Sequence record: SRR31156797_3989
DNA: 38,011 nucleotides
Reading direction: 5' to 3' (one strand)
The position numbers were made by a program, and so were the translations under genes. Below are positions 37,846 to 38,011 of the stretch, one piece after another. The notes beneath the pieces are model-generated. The model was given only the letters and a program-made list of their open reading frames with translations, did not search any database and was not told the origin of the DNA. Within the stretch, counting starts at the first letter, position 1, and every line of letters begins with the position of its first letter.

Positions 37846-38011
37846 ACTCGAAGGGAAAAGCACGGTGCCTAACCGTATACGCTGGTCCAAACAAGCGTCT
37901 TAATTTTCTCATTGCTTACTCTTCGCCAGCCATATGATCGCAGCTTTGATAGCCGGGTCCTGTGCAACAAAGAATCACGAACTCCGTCAGGTCCGGGAGG
38001 AAGCAGCGGTA
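37846..38011 (+). ncRNA. ffs: Signal recognition particle RNA (probably large type; truncated at window end)
   Basis: Conserved S-domain TCAGGTCCGGGAGGAAGCAGC (37987..38007) preceded by GGGTCCTGTGCAA. Alu-like helices at 37853..37910. The 5' end is approximate. Confidence 0.9.

Noticed and set aside
1-38011. Possibility that the tRNA-bounded window is a genomic island, prophage, CRISPR or defence locus
   Set aside because: No integrase, att duplication, repeat-spacer array or obvious compositional shift; content is housekeeping. The dCMP deaminase looks like the ordinary metabolic type.

Overview
A gene-dense, roughly 45% GC (estimated by eye) chromosomal segment. Gene content and style suggest an anaerobic deltaproteobacterium, most likely Desulfobulbales/Desulfocapsaceae-like; this is inference only. 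It runs from the 5' end of a tRNA-Glu (left edge, minus strand) to tadA, tRNA-Ser(GGA) and a truncated SRP RNA (right edge). The left half holds malQ plus an iron-sulfur flavoprotein, an RpoD-like sigma factor paralogue, a futalosine-pathway menaquinone cluster (mqnE-mqnC-deaminase-mqnA, then ubiE/menG-ubiX-ubiA-DUF3108-like), two Hsp20 genes, purC, S4-domain, dCMP deaminase and hydrolase genes, and a GGR-family reductase / diheme cytochrome c / PEP-synthase regulator / TerC run. The right half holds pepN-acyltransferase-esterase, a sigma54-promoted OmpA-domain protein, an ABC ATPase-DsrE-uvrC-Bfd-glycosyltransferase operon, a polar amino-acid ABC transporter, bepA-nikR and a sigma54 activator with a pseudo-receiver. 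It is mostly core genome: no CRISPR array, prophage, transposase or defence system is visible. The most unusual signals are (i) a three-copy ~45-aa repeat domain I do not recognise in the OmpA-like protein, (ii) an Alu-domain-like (large-type) SRP RNA, (iii) a ~185-bp MITE-like insertion, (iv) a structured leader before the amino-acid ABC operon, (v) a non-phosphorylatable enhancer-binding protein, and (vi) candidate accessory menaquinone genes. All calls rest on motif recognition by eye; no searches were run.
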